From the human T2T-CHM13v2.0 reference genome, Homo sapiens: a DNA stretch of 64,000 nucleotides. Numbering within the stretch: position 1 is the stretch's first letter; each line of letters opens with the position of its first letter. Position numbers and translations under genes: made by a program. The DNA is taken from assembly GCF_009914755.1 (NCBI RefSeq), contig NC_060947.1. One strand, written 5' to 3'. Positions 30,453-43,256 of the stretch are shown here, one piece after another. Below the pieces are notes generated by a model that was given only the letters and a program-made list of their open reading frames with translations, did not search any database and had not been told where the DNA came from.

Positions 30453-31481
30453 ATAAAGGTGATCATATAAAATTAGAAGATCAAGGCTAGATATGGAAAT
30501 TTGGAAGTTATTCACAAATAGCAAGTATTTGAGTAGGTGTAGCCGTTTTTAAAACTCAGCTTTAATGGCCATAATATTCTGTCTTCAGTGACTTCATCAG
30601 GATTCATTGATAATAATGGAAAAAGCAGAACTATTTGAGAGTTCCTAACTCTGACACACAGTTCTGATGGATTACCTGACGGTATTTATCTCTACAGCAA
30701 TGACCACTTGAGAGCAAGTGCAAACCTTTTAGCAATGGGTGTTTCACCAGTCTTGATTCAATGGGCGATCTCGACAGTTCTTTATCATCCCATCTTGCCC
30801 AGGTGTTCCTGCTGAACACTCCATTAGTGAGCAATGGGATCCTTGAAACATGGCTCTCATATGTGGATCACTGATTGGGTTTTTCCCGAATGAAACTTGA
30901 TGGTTTTACCCTTTTGACTCCATTCCCTTCTCCCCTCTTCCCTCCCCAATCTGTGGAATCTGGGGCAGGATAAGAAAAGAAAACTAGGTTACAAATGTTT
31001 CCAAATCTTCTCTGTCTTACCCTACACCTTGGCTACACCTACTCAAATACTTGCTATTTTTTAATAACTTCCAAATTTTGATCTCTAGCCTCCACCTTCT
31101 AATTTTATATGATTACATTTATTAGACAGAGTCCCAGCAGAAAACATAGCTCTCTCAAATGGGATAGTTTGAGGAAGGTTTCATAAAGAGACTATTTACT
31201 GATGTGTGGGCAGGGTTTAAGGGAACCCTTAAGGGTTTCCCTGAGTTTATGGATTTTGAAAAACTCGAAAGGCAAAATTTTGACGCCTTCGTTCTCTGGT
31301 TACATTCTGCCAACTTATTTAAATCCATGGGTGATGTCTAGCATTTTATCTGGAGTTGGAGAGGGTCTCAGGTAAAATTCATTGAAGCATAGAAGAGGAA
31401 ACTGCATAGGTGTATGTTCCAACACCTTTACTTGTCACAAGAATTCCTGGAATGAGGTGAGGCCACCTTACACACTGGCTA

Positions 31482-31880
<399 letters not shown>

Positions 31881-32624
31881 GACAGTGAGGGCTGTTTTAT
31901 TCACCTAGAATAATATGGAAAAAAGTTGGGGAGGGCAAAGGATTTTTGTACTCTTCATATGTGTTGGAGGGTCCCATTTGTAATTGAGGACACTGTTTGG
32001 GAACTCATCTGTAATATATTAGACAAGATGATATGACTTGGAGATTCCACTTTACTGAGTCAATTTCAAGTTTTCACATTTTAAATTTTCTGGTTTCACA
32101 TCTAACATCTAACTGGCCATTCTAGAGATATTCTAATAGAGTTTGCAGCTGCTAGTCATGCTTACCTAATATCATGAAAAAGACCAGGATATTGCCCTGG
32201 CAGATAACGATGAGCTACTTTGTGAAATCCTTCATGATTTTGTTAGGAAAGCCTGGAGAATTACACAGCATGAACAGCAAGGCACCGTATGCAGAGTTCA
32301 TGTCTCAGGAAAAATGCTATCTTCCATATATGTGCTTTGTTCACCCACAATTGATTAAAGCACCCTAAAGATTTTTTATTTTGTGAAACATCTGGCCCAT
32401 CAAAAATGTTTGAATAATTCTGGGATGAATGGGAAGACCTACTCATTTGAAACAGCAAATTCACTAAGGATAGTGATTAGTATGGGAAAACATATTTTTT
32501 TTTTGTACAAACGCCTCAGTTGGTGATACATTCATGTGTCTGTGTAGGAGGAATAGGGGAGGGGATAAAAGGAACAAGTATATCAATACCCTCTGAAATG
32601 TGCTTACAGTGCAAATAGGTGATT

Positions 32625-33055
32625 GTGTCATTTTGGGTCCTCCAGGAAGCAGACACTGAGTGAGAGATGCAGGAGTACAAGAGGGCAACTGTTGAAAAAA
32701 AAAAAGAGGGAATGAAGAAGGATTGGGCAGGAGAGACTCAGACCTCAATGCAGATCTGACAAAGTCTCAGCCCATCAAATGAGGAGCTCTGGAGCAAACA
32801 TTTCCCATTAGATGAATTCTGCATTGGGAAGAAATGGCCAAGCCTTTGTTAGTCATTGTCTGGGGCCTGCCCAGGAAAAGTCCTGCCCAGGAAAAGTCCT
32901 GCCCAGGAACCAGGAAGAGTGGTTTTAGCTTAAAAGCTGAGAGTGATCTTAAAAGCACTAGTAGCTGGAGGCTGTCAGCTCACTTCACTCCTTGCTGAAT
33001 GGCAAGTTCTTGCTTGAAGGGAGATCCAAACAGCAAACTTCTGTGGCTGCCATAA
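32625..33055 (-). mobile_element. LTR16-type ERVL solo LTR
   Basis: TGTGTC..GGGTCCTCCAGGAAGCAGACAC..TCAGACCTCAATGCAGATCTGAC; carries a 16-bp tandem repeat CCTGCCCAGGAAAAGT (2.75 copies) at 32866-32909. Confidence 0.7.
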
Positions 33056-33974
33056 TGATACATTGAGTTTGATGGCAGAAATATCTTTACTCTTTTATTC
33101 TAAAATTATTCCTATTTTCCTTATTTCACAAACACTTGACCCTGTGGTCTTTGAATAACATGAATAACATATATAGGACCCTGAGTTTTCAGGTAAGTAG
33201 CAAGTTCCTTATGCAGTCTTTGATATGAAGACTTAGATGAGTCAGTTGGTAGCAAGGGTAATGCATACAGAGTAAGACCTCTGCTCTAAATAGTTGACAG
33301 TGTCTAAGAGTCTGAAGAACCAAGGAGAATGCTGGGTTTAGAATATCTCTGAGAAGAGCACTCCAAGTATCGGGAGAGTGGTGGGTCCAGAGATGAAGAC
33401 CCCCAAACTATCTCTCCCATAGCCACAAGGAGGCACCTGGGCCACAAAATGCAGTCCTATAAACCTGACATCTACAGAACTGACTGGGAACTCAGGGACA
33501 TATAAGGCCAATATAGATTCTCTCTTCTCAGAGTAAGGATTCAAATCCATGGTGGATATAAGGATTTTCATGGAGGCTTTCATACTAACCGTCTGTCCCA
33601 GGACACACTAAGTCCTTGGGGCTCTAAAACTGCACAGAGCAAAATCTTCATAATAATATAGCTCCTTGGAAGGCCATCTGAGAGGCTTCTGGGAAGTTTT
33701 GCTTCTACTATTCGGTTGTAGAGTTACCAGCCTCTGTAGCACATATTTGGAGTAAAGACACTTCTGGGGAAACTCCTCCTTTGCCTACTCAGCCAGCTTA
33801 ACACAACTAGTGTTAGTGTTAAGCTCCTCTAATTCTAGGGGATTTTAATTTGCATGAGCTCATTTCTTATAGCCTAATTGACAACCTGGAATAGAAGCAT
33901 TTGGTCAACTCATTTCATCTGGTGTATGAGAGGTTCAAGTGAACTCTTTGGTATACTGACATAAAAATACTACG

Positions 33975-34225
33975 GATAATTAATAATTATTGAGCACTTA
34001 TCATTTTCCAGGTACTGTATTAAGAGCCTTACATGATTTTTATCATTTAATCTTTCAACTATCATATATGGTATGCACAGTTATCCACATTTAACATATG
34101 AGAAACCAAAGACACAGAGGTTAAATAACTTACCCTAATTCATACTGTCTGCTAAGAAGTAGACCTAGGATGCACACCCAAGAGATCTGGCCTCAGAACA
34201 CATCCTCTTAATAACTACACTGTAA
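33975..34225 (-). mobile_element. MIR
   Basis: ATTATTGAGCACTTA..CCAGGTACTGT..CATTTAATC..ATGAGAAACCAAAGACACAGAGGTTAAATAACTT. Confidence 0.8.
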
Positions 34226-34917
34226 TACAGGCTGCTTCCTCAGATGCAGAGTCTGCAAGTCATCTCAGCCTTATGGAGTGCATCTTCCTCTCAGAAGATG
34301 CAGGAAATAGTAACGGGCAAGGAGTAAATAATTTAAGTGGAAGTTATTATATTTGGAAGCTCAATTCTGACTCTACTGGGGTGGAAGGATATTTGGGCAG
34401 CTCTAGAAACTGGAAGTGGGCATGAGAACCAGGCAAACTAGTCAGAGAATGGTGATGGTAGGTTCAGGTAAAGGACTGTCCATGATGTATACTTTAACCC
34501 ATAAAGGCACTACAAAGGACACTGTGGTAAGCAATGTCATTTTACTTTCTACTTTGGCCTAGAAAGGATGTCATGCAAACGTGGTGAGACAGGAGTATTT
34601 GGAAGGCCTTAGTACTGGGAGCCTACATCTGCATGAAACTATGGCAAACTTCAGTTCCAGTCAAGCCAAGAGTCAAGTCTAGGAGAATTAAGAAATGCAA
34701 GAAGGAGCAAGCAGGTCCCAGCTGGTCAACCAGTATGGTCCAGAACTCAGAAAATCAGAACCCACAAGAACACCAGAAAATAAGTTAGATGTTATTCAAA
34801 TATAAATGTTTTTGCTCTTTTCAGATGCAGCCTACCTTTCGAATTAGGCCTTCTGAAGTCAGCAGGTATGAATTGTAGTTGAATATGAAAACTTTCTCAG
34901 TATGTGATATATATGGT

Positions 34918-35043
34918 ATCCCATCATATCCAGTTGTGAGAGAATCTTGGTATGTGTTTCCATACTCAAGGAATATTTGAGTATGTGTTTCCTTGAGTAT
35001 GAAACACATACCAAGATTCTCTCACAACCAGATATGATGGGAT
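34918..35043. repeat. Near-perfect inverted repeat (~56 bp arms, 15 bp spacer)
   Basis: 34918-34973 is the reverse complement of 34989-35043 except for CA vs TG at one former CpG and a 1-nt indel. Confidence 0.92.
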
Positions 35044-35554
35044 TCTCAAAGCTACTTGCAGTTTATTTGTATTTTACACATATCTACTATGATTTTAGTT
35101 ATGTTTATGTAGAAAAATAAGGCAAATAGAGTATTTTTACATTTTACATTACACAGGAACTCAGACACCACATCAGTGTCAAAACTGGTTTTGGTTTTCA
35201 GTGGACTAATCCTTCACAAAAAAGATTAAAGTGTAATTTTAAGTTTGTCAAAATAGAGTTAACATGATTAAGTTGAGTAAAAGAGCCAGAAACAGAAATA
35301 AGGAATACTGAATGTATACATTCCTTGAGTATTCATACTCAAGCACTTTGAGCTTTTCTTTCAACTTGACCTGCCCAAGCCCCCTTCATTTCGTTTCCTA
35401 CTGGACTTTGAGTTCCTTGAGAACAAATCCTGTGTCTTATTTATTTCCACTTTGTCAACTCGTAAAGCAGTGGTAAACGTTCAACAAACTATTGTTGAGT
35501 GAACGCTATCTTATTCCTACCTCACCACAATATTTCTGTCTTTGAAATGGTCAA

Positions 35555-36640
35555 CTAATTAACTTAACCAATTAATTCATTAGTTAAATAATTTATTTAA
35601 AATGTTTATTTTTATTTACTGCTGTGCTACGGACTTTGCTTTCAGGAAGTCTATAGGTAATAAGAAAAGTCAAATAGGCAATCTATTGCAGTATGGTAAG
35701 ATAACTACTGTAGTGATATGGGAGCACCTCATTAGAAAAACAATGACAGAAAACTTAGGTGATACTGGACTTGAGTTCTGAAACATGAACATAATTTATT
35801 TAGCCAGGTGAAACAAGAGAGAGGTAAGCAGGGGGAGCAGCATGAGTAAATGCACAAAAGCAGAAGAGAGCATAGAAGTTTCAGGAAATGGTATGTTATT
35901 CAAGATGACTGGGAGGTAAAACATAAAAGAGAGAGAGATGAAGCTGGAAAGGTAGTCAGAGCTCAGATGATGCAGCACTTACATGACAGCTTGAGAGGAT
36001 TAAACATTATTATGTGTGCAATGGGAAATGGCATTCGTTTGTAACTTATGACTCTAGTGGCACTATGAAGGATAGACTGAAGAAAGCTGGACTGGTTGTA
36101 GAGAACTGGTTAGGAGACTATTGCAGTAATTCAGGTGAAAAATGGTGACTTGAACAAAGGTAGTAGCAATGAGTATGGAAATGAAGAAATGGGCTCAAAA
36201 GACACTTAGAAGATTGAACCAGTAAGAGTCAGTGAGATATGGATGACTCCCAAATGATGATGCCAATAACTAAGGTAGTGAATGCAGAAGGAGAAATACA
36301 TGCAGGCAGGGAAGCGATGAGTACAGTTTGGACATGAGTTTGAAGAAATTGTAGTATGTCAAAGACAAGATGGTACCCATTAGAAAGCTGGACAGGAGAA
36401 ATAGGAGTTCAGGAAAGAAACCTGGGATATATAGATTTCCATGTCATAAGCATAGAGGTGACATTAAAACAGTAAACAGACAAGATCGACCAGAGAACAA
36501 GAAAAGAAGAGAGCCTAGGAAAGGGCCCTGATGAAGACCAATATTTAAGAAACAAAGATAAGAAGAGAGCTTCTGAAGGAGACTGAGATAGAGCAAAGAG
36601 GATGTCAGCTGTTAAAACTCAAAAGCTATAAAGTTTCCAA
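35555..36640 (-). mobile_element. L2 (antisense)
   Basis: GGTTAGGAGACTATTGCAGTAATTCAGGTGA; GAGTACAGTTTGGACATGAGTTTGA. Confidence 0.75.
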
Positions 36641-36866
36641 AATTGGCATATGATCCCAGGTGCATTCTATGTTCCTTTGGCACTTTGGTTTTAACCTCAA
36701 GGGAATTCCTTTACTTTCTTGCAAGATCAGCTATGCATTTAGTAAGACATTTGCTGTAATCTATTCAGCAACTTGGTTTGTGGAGCAAGAAAGTACTTCA
36801 GAATACCTAATCTACTGTGCTATCAGAAGTATTCACTGTGTTACTTTTTAAAATAAAAAGTGGATT

Positions 36867-38747
36867 AAAAATATTTTCTCCCATTCTGTAAGTTGTCTGT
36901 ATACTCTGTTGAGAGTTTCTTTTGCCATGCAGAAACTCTTTATTTAAGTAGGTCCCACTTGTCAAATTTTGTCTTTGTTGCAGTTGCTTTTGGGGACTTA
37001 GCCATAAATTATTTGCCAAGGCTGACATTTAAGAAGGGTATTTTCTAGATTTTTCTTATAGGATTTTTATAGTTTGAGGTCTTACATTTACATCTTTAAT
37101 CCACCTTTTGTTAATTTTTGTATATGGTGAAAGGTAGGGACCCAGTTTTGTTCTTCTGCATATAGACAGCCAGCTATCCCAGTACCATTAACTGAATAGG
37201 GAGTCCTCTCCCCATTGAAATTTTGATTAACTTTGTTGAACATAAGATGATTGTAGATGTGTGGCTTTATTTCTGGTTCTCTATTCTGATACATTGGTCT
37301 ATGCATCTGTTTTTGTACCAGTATCATGCTATTTTAGTTACCATAGCCTTGTAATATAGTTTTAAATGAGGTAATGTGATGCCTCCAGCTTTGTTCTTTT
37401 TGCTTAGGATTTCTTTGGCTGTTCAGCTTCTTTTTGGGTTCCATATGAATTTTAGAATAGTTTTTTCTAATTCTGTGAAAAATAATGTTGGTAAGTTTGA
37501 TAGGAATAGTGTTGAATCTGTAAGTTGCTTTGGGCAGGATGGCCATTTTAATGATATTGATTCTTGTGATCCAAGAGCATGGGATGCTTCTCCATTTCTT
37601 TGTACCAACTATAGTTTCTTTCAGCCATGTTTTGTAGCTTTCCTTGTAGAGATCTTTCATCCTTGGTTAGCTATATTACTAGGTATTTCATTTTTGTGTT
37701 GCTATGTAAATGGGGTTGTGTTCTTAATTTGGCTCTCAAGTTGAAAGTTATCGGTGTATAGAAAGCTACTGATTTTTGTGCATTGACTTTGTATCCTGAA
37801 ACTTTACTCAAGTTGTTTATCATTTCTAGGTACATCTGACAAAGGTCTAATGTCCAGAATCTACATGAAACTTAAACAAATCAACAAGGGAAAAACAAAT
37901 AACCCCATTAAAAAATGGGCAAAGAACATGAACAGAGACTTCTCAAAAGAAGACATACAAGCGGCCAATAAACATATGAAAATATGCTCATCATCACTAA
38001 TCATCAGACTAATGCAAATCAGAACCACAATGAGATACCATCTCACACCAGTCAGAAAGGCGATTATTAAAAAGTCTAAAAAACAACAGATGCTGGCAAG
38101 GCTGCAGAGAAAAGGGAATGTTTATACACTGTGGGTGGGAATATAAATTAGTTCAGCCACAGCGGAAAGCAGTTTGGAGGTTTCACAAAGAACTTAAAAC
38201 AGGACTACAGTTCAATTCAGCAATCCTATTACTGGATATATACCCAAAGGGAAATAAATAATTCTATGAAACAGACACATGCACTTGTGTGTTCATCGCA
38301 GTGCTATTCACAATTGCAGAGAAATGGAATTAACCTAGATGCCCATCAATGGTGGATTGGATAAACAAAATGTGGTACATATATACCATGTAGTACTATG
38401 CACCCATAAAAAGAATGAAATCATGTCCTTTGCAGCTACATGGATGGAGCTGGAGGCCATTATCCTAAGCAAACTAACACAGGAACAGGAAAGCAAATAC
38501 AGCACGTTCTCACTTCTAAGTGAGAGCTAAGCATTGAGTACACACAGACATAAATATGGGAACAATAGACACTGGGGACTACTGGAGGGGGGAGGGTGGG
38601 AAGAGGCCATGAGCTGAGAAACTACCTTTTTGGTACTATGTTCACTACCAGGGTGACAGGATCATCTCTACCCCAAACCTCACCATCAAGCAATATACCC
38701 GTATGCAAACCTGCACATGTACCCCCTGAATCTGAAATACAAGTTGA
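36867..38747 (+). mobile_element. 5'-inverted L1 (L1PB4/L1PA17-class): ~36867-37829 antisense ORF2, ~37830-38747 sense ORF2 end and 3' UTR
   Basis: Minus ORFs 37334-37660 and 37088-37327 and plus ORFs 37850-38146 and 38339-38530 are ORF2 pieces. The far-left end of the inverted part and the start of the sense part are near-adjacent in the L1 consensus. Confidence 0.88.
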
Positions 38748-38749
38748 TT

Positions 38750-40832
38750 GCAACATGATAAAAGAGCATTTATGAAAACTGACAAGTAATAACATACTTA
38801 ATGGTGAAAGACTGAATGCTTTCCCCTAAGATCAAGAACAAGACAAGGATGTCTACTTTCACAATTTATATTCAACCTTAAACTGGAGATTCTATCCAGT
38901 GAAATCAGTCAAACAAAAGAAGAGGAGGAGGAGGAGAAAGAAGAAGAACTAAGAGGTATCCATATTGGAAAGCAGAATTAAAACTGTCTTTCTTGGCAGA
39001 CTTCATGGTTATCTATGTAGAAAATCCTACGGTTTCTGCAAAAAGCTACTGGAAATAATGAATTTGGTAAGTTTGTAGGATAAAGATCAATATACAAAAA
39101 ACATCTAAATTTTTATATACTAGCAATGAACAGTTGGAAATAGAAATGTTAAAAATGCATTCCCAGTTACAATTACACAAAATATATGCAATACTCAGGG
39201 GGTAATTCTAACAAATAATATGAATGACCTGTGCAACAAAAACTAGAAAACATGGCTGAGAGAAATTAAGATCTAAATAAATGGAGAGATATAAAATGTT
39301 CATGGTCTGAAAACACAACATTGTTCAGATGCCATTTTTCCCCAATTTGGCCTGTAGACTCAAAACAATTCCAATCAAGCATTTTTTGTAGAAATTGAAA
39401 AGTTGATTCTAAAATCCCTGTGGAAATGCAAACAATCTGGAATAGCCAAATTCTCTTTGAAAAAGAAACAAATCAGAGGACTTACCCTGGCTGATTTCAA
39501 GGTATATCTTAAACTACTGTAATCAAGACACTGTGGCATTGGCATTAAGATAAACAAATGGTGTTGGAACAATTGGATGGCCATATGCAAGAAAAGAACT
39601 TTGATCCATACCTTGCTCCATATAGAAAATTAATTCAAAATGGATCGTAGACATAAATGTAAAACCTAACTATAAAACTTCAAGAGAAGATACAGAAAAA
39701 AAATTGAGAGTTTAGGTTAAGCAAAGGTTGCTTTGATAGGGCACAAAAAACATAATCCATAAAACAAAATTTTAATAGAATTTCATCAAAATTCAAATTT
39801 TCTAGCCTGAAAGTCGCTATTAGGAGAATGAAAAGACAAGCCATAGGCTTGGGGAAAAAAAATTCAGAAATCGTATATCTGATAATGGCTTACAACCAGA
39901 ATATATAAAGAACTGTTACAGTTCAATAATAAGAAGACAAACAATCTAATAAATAAAATGGACAAAAGATTTAAATAGACTCTTCACCAAAGAAGATTTA
40001 TCAATGCCAAATAAGTATGCATAAAGATTTTCAATATCGTTAGTTATTATGGAAATGCAAGTTAGAACCACAATGAGATGCCACTACCTGTTCACTAAAA
40101 TGGCTGACATTCAAAAGACCAATTATAGCAAGTATAGACAATGATGTGGAGCAACTGGAATAATTTTACACTGCCACTGGAAATGTAAAAAGGTACAACC
40201 ACTTTGTAAAATACTTAGGCAGTTTCTTTAAAAGTTAAACATGCACCTACCTTATGGCCCAGTCATACCACTCTTAGATATTTACCTGAGTAATTAAATC
40301 ATATGCACATGCACATTTAAAAACTTGTAACAAATGTTCATAGTAATTTTATTCATTATAGCCTAAAACTAGAAACAATGTAAGTGCTGATCAACAAGGG
40401 AATGAGTAAACAAACTGTGGCACGTTCATGCAATGGATTACTACTCAACAATAAAAATGAACTATTGATACATGCTACAGCATAGATGAAGCTCAAAATA
40501 ATTATGCTGAGTGAAAGAAGCTAGACCAAAAAGAGTATATGCTGTATAATTCCATTTATATAAAATTCTATAAGATGCAAGCTAGTCTCCAGTGAAAGAA
40601 AACAAATTGATTGTTGTATGGGGATTAAAGTGTGAGGAGGGATGGGAGGGATTACAAAAGGGAACAAGGAAACTTCTGGAAGTGATAGATATATTCTCTA
40701 TATTGATTGTGGTGATGGTTTTACAGTTATGTTCATAAGTCAAATTTTAAGTCAAATTTTACAGTTTGAGCAATTAGATGCAAATATGTACAGTTAATTG
40801 TATGTAAACTATACCTGAATGAAGCTACTAAA
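38750..40832 (+). mobile_element. Old L1 (L1MD/L1ME1-like) ORF2 3' half and 3' UTR
   Basis: ATACTTAATGGTGAAAGACTGAATGCTTTCCCC..CAAGACAAGGATG; 3' UTR TTGATTGTGGTGATGGTTTTAC. Confidence 0.8.
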
Positions 40833-40847
40833 GAACAGTTGATTCTT

Positions 40848-41168
40848 GCTTTTTGTTTGTTTGTTTTGTTTTGTTTTTGAGACAGAGTTTCACTCTTGTT
40901 GCATAGGCTGGAGCGCAATGGCATGATCTTGGCTCACTCAACCTCCACCTACTGGGTTCAAGCAATTCTCCCTGCCTCAGCCTCCCGAGTAGCTGGGATT
41001 ACAGGCACCCACCACCACGCACACCTGGCTAATTTTTCTGTATTTTTATTAGAGACAAGGTTTCACAATGTTGGCCAAACTGGTCTCAAACTCCTGACGT
41101 CAGGTGATCCACCCGCCTCAGTCTCCCAAAGTGCTAGGATTACAGGTGTGAGCCACTGTGCCTGTCCA
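40848..41168 (-). mobile_element. Alu (AluSp/Sq-like)
   Basis: Diagnostic GAGTTTCACTCTTGTTGC..GCAATGGC..TCAGGTGATCC; flanked on both sides by ACAGTTGATTCTT. Confidence 0.92.
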
Positions 41169-41181
41169 CGACAGTTGATTC

Positions 41182-41716
41182 TTTTTTTTTTTTTTCATAC
41201 TTTAAGTTTTAGGGTACATGTGCACAACGTGCAGGTTTGTTACATATGTATACATGTGCCATGTTGGTGTGCTGCACCCATTAACTCATCATTTAGCATT
41301 AGGTATATCTCCTAATGCTATCCCTCCCCCCTCCCCCCACCCCACAACAGGCCCCAGTGTGTGATGTTCACCTTCCTGTGTCCATGTGTTCTCATTGTTC
41401 AATTCCCACCTATGAGTGAGAACATGCGGTGTTTGGTTTTTTGTCCTTGTGATAGTTTGCTGAGAATGATGGTTTCCAGCTTCATCCATGTCCCTACAAA
41501 GGACATGAACTCATCATTTTTTATGGCTGCATAGTATTCCATGGTGTATATGTGCCACATTTTCTTAATCCAGTCTATCATTGTTGGACATTTGGGTTGG
41601 TTCCAAGTCTTTGCTATCGTGAATAGTGCCATAATAAACATACGTATGCATATGTCTTTATAGCAGCATGATTTATAATCCTTTGGGTATATACCCAGTA
41701 ATGGGATGGCTGGGTC
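41182..41716 (-). mobile_element. 5'-truncated L1PA3/PA4-like 3' end
   Basis: Poly-T then ATACTTTAAGTTTTAGGGTACATGTGCAC..TTTAGCATTAGGTATATCTCC; ORF 41399-41641 is the ORF2 C-terminus (WMKLETIILSKLSQ..SLIGGN). Confidence 0.93.
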
Positions 41717-41731
41717 CAGAACGGTTGATTC

Positions 41732-42042
41732 TTTTTTTTTTTTTTTTTTTTTTTTTGGAGATGGAGTCTCGCTCTGTCGCCCAGGCTGGAGTGCAGTGGC
41801 GTGATCTCAGCTCACTGAAAGCTCCGCCTCCCAGGTTCATGCCATTCTCCTACCTCAGCCTCCCGAGTAGCTGGGACTACAGGTGCCACCACGCCCGGCT
41901 AATTTTTTTTGTTTTTGTATTTTTAGTAGAGATGGTGTTTCACCGTGTTAGCCAGGATAGTCTTGATCTCCTGACCTTGTGATCCGCCCGCCTCGGCCTC
42001 CCAAAGTGCTGGGATTACAGGCGTGAGCCACCGGGCCCAGCC
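41732..42042 (-). mobile_element. AluY
   Basis: AluY diagnostics AAGCTCCGCCTCC, GCCATTCTCC and GTTAGCCAGGAT..GATCTCCTGACC; long T-tail. Confidence 0.92.
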
Positions 42043-43105
42043 AATTATTAAAAGATATATATATTTAAGAAATAGAGTCCCACAGGCTGCCTACTTGGAA
42101 CACAAACTTACAAATTTGTGTCAAAACTTACAAATTTGTGTCAAATCTTAACTTTATCTTACCTTTACAAACTCAGGGTAACTTCCATGAATCTACTGCC
42201 AAGATGTACAGATTGGTGTTTCTACCTCAGTAATCCTGCCTCTGTAGGAGGTCCTTCCACATTTACATTTTTTCCCTCTGGTTTTATGAATCTGGAATTA
42301 TTGTGCAAGTTTTAGGAGTAGAACATCATAAAAATAATCAAGTGAATTATCACAGAGAACGAATGCAGGCCTAACCTGTAGAGTATTCTATTTTAAAATT
42401 ATGACATCAGAAATCCAAGTGAAAACCGGTTTAAATGCAGCATATAAAATGGCTAGAGACACATGAATTGGATGACACCTTTTATGAACACAATCTTAAA
42501 GTATGAGTCACTCTTACTCTTAGTAATGTACTCTTATATGGTCTATTTTAATCCTCCTAATTTATTTTAAAGCTGATGTCACATCTATTCTACTCTGAGT
42601 ATTTTATAATGGCTTTTGAACACAAGTAATGTAATTCTGATGTGATCAGAATATCAGAAAAACTTGCTAATAGAGAAAATAGCCAAATAGCAGAGCTGTC
42701 AGAGATGCTCAGTAAGAGTAGGCACAATGACAGAATCCTTCCCTTCTCTGAGTTTTGAGAATTAAGCTGGAGTCTGATCATCCCTTGAAGCTGCAGGCTA
42801 AATTATGTACTCCCTTCCTTTGTAAGATCTGCCAAGTTTGTATCCTCTCTTCCAATTCCAAATTATTCATGGATTTATCTTCTAATAAGCTATAAGAAAA
42901 TTAGGATGGGGGGCAGGGAGAGAGAGACAGAGAGGCTTCTGATTTGAAGATATAGCCACAGCACTGATGAAATTCTGTGTGTGTGACATTAGTCTAGTTT
43001 CCTTCTTCTTTTGGGGGCAAGTTTTGTTATCCCTTAAATTAAGAGGTTGAATAAGATGGGTGCTAGGGCCTTTTTATTTCCAACTTCCTAGGTTTCTTTT
43101 ACTAT

Positions 43106-43107
<2 letters not shown>

Positions 43108-43141
<34 letters not shown>

Positions 43142-43256
43142 GGTCTCACTGTACTGCCCAGGCTGGTGTTAAATTCCTAAACTCAAGCGATCCTCCAACC
43201 TCGGCCTCCCAAAGTGCTGGGATTACAATTACAGGCATGAGCCACAGTGCCAGGCC
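43108..43256 (-). mobile_element. Alu monomer (FLAM/AluJ left arm) preceded by (GA)n
   Basis: GAGATGGGGTCTCAC..CTCAAGCGATCCTCC..GGCCTCCCAAAGTGCTGGGATTACA. Confidence 0.85.

Noticed and set aside
31220-31242. Short hairpin AGGGAACCCTTAAGGGTTTCCCT (similar one near 33796-33826)
   Set aside because: Short enough to arise by chance or a trivial local fold-back; the first sits at the edge of an LTR33-like fragment.
40896-41982. ORFs of 139 aa and 104 aa (also 49853-50296, 6101-6337, 31707-31904)
   Set aside because: Translations of antisense Alu/L1 sequence, a common artefact.
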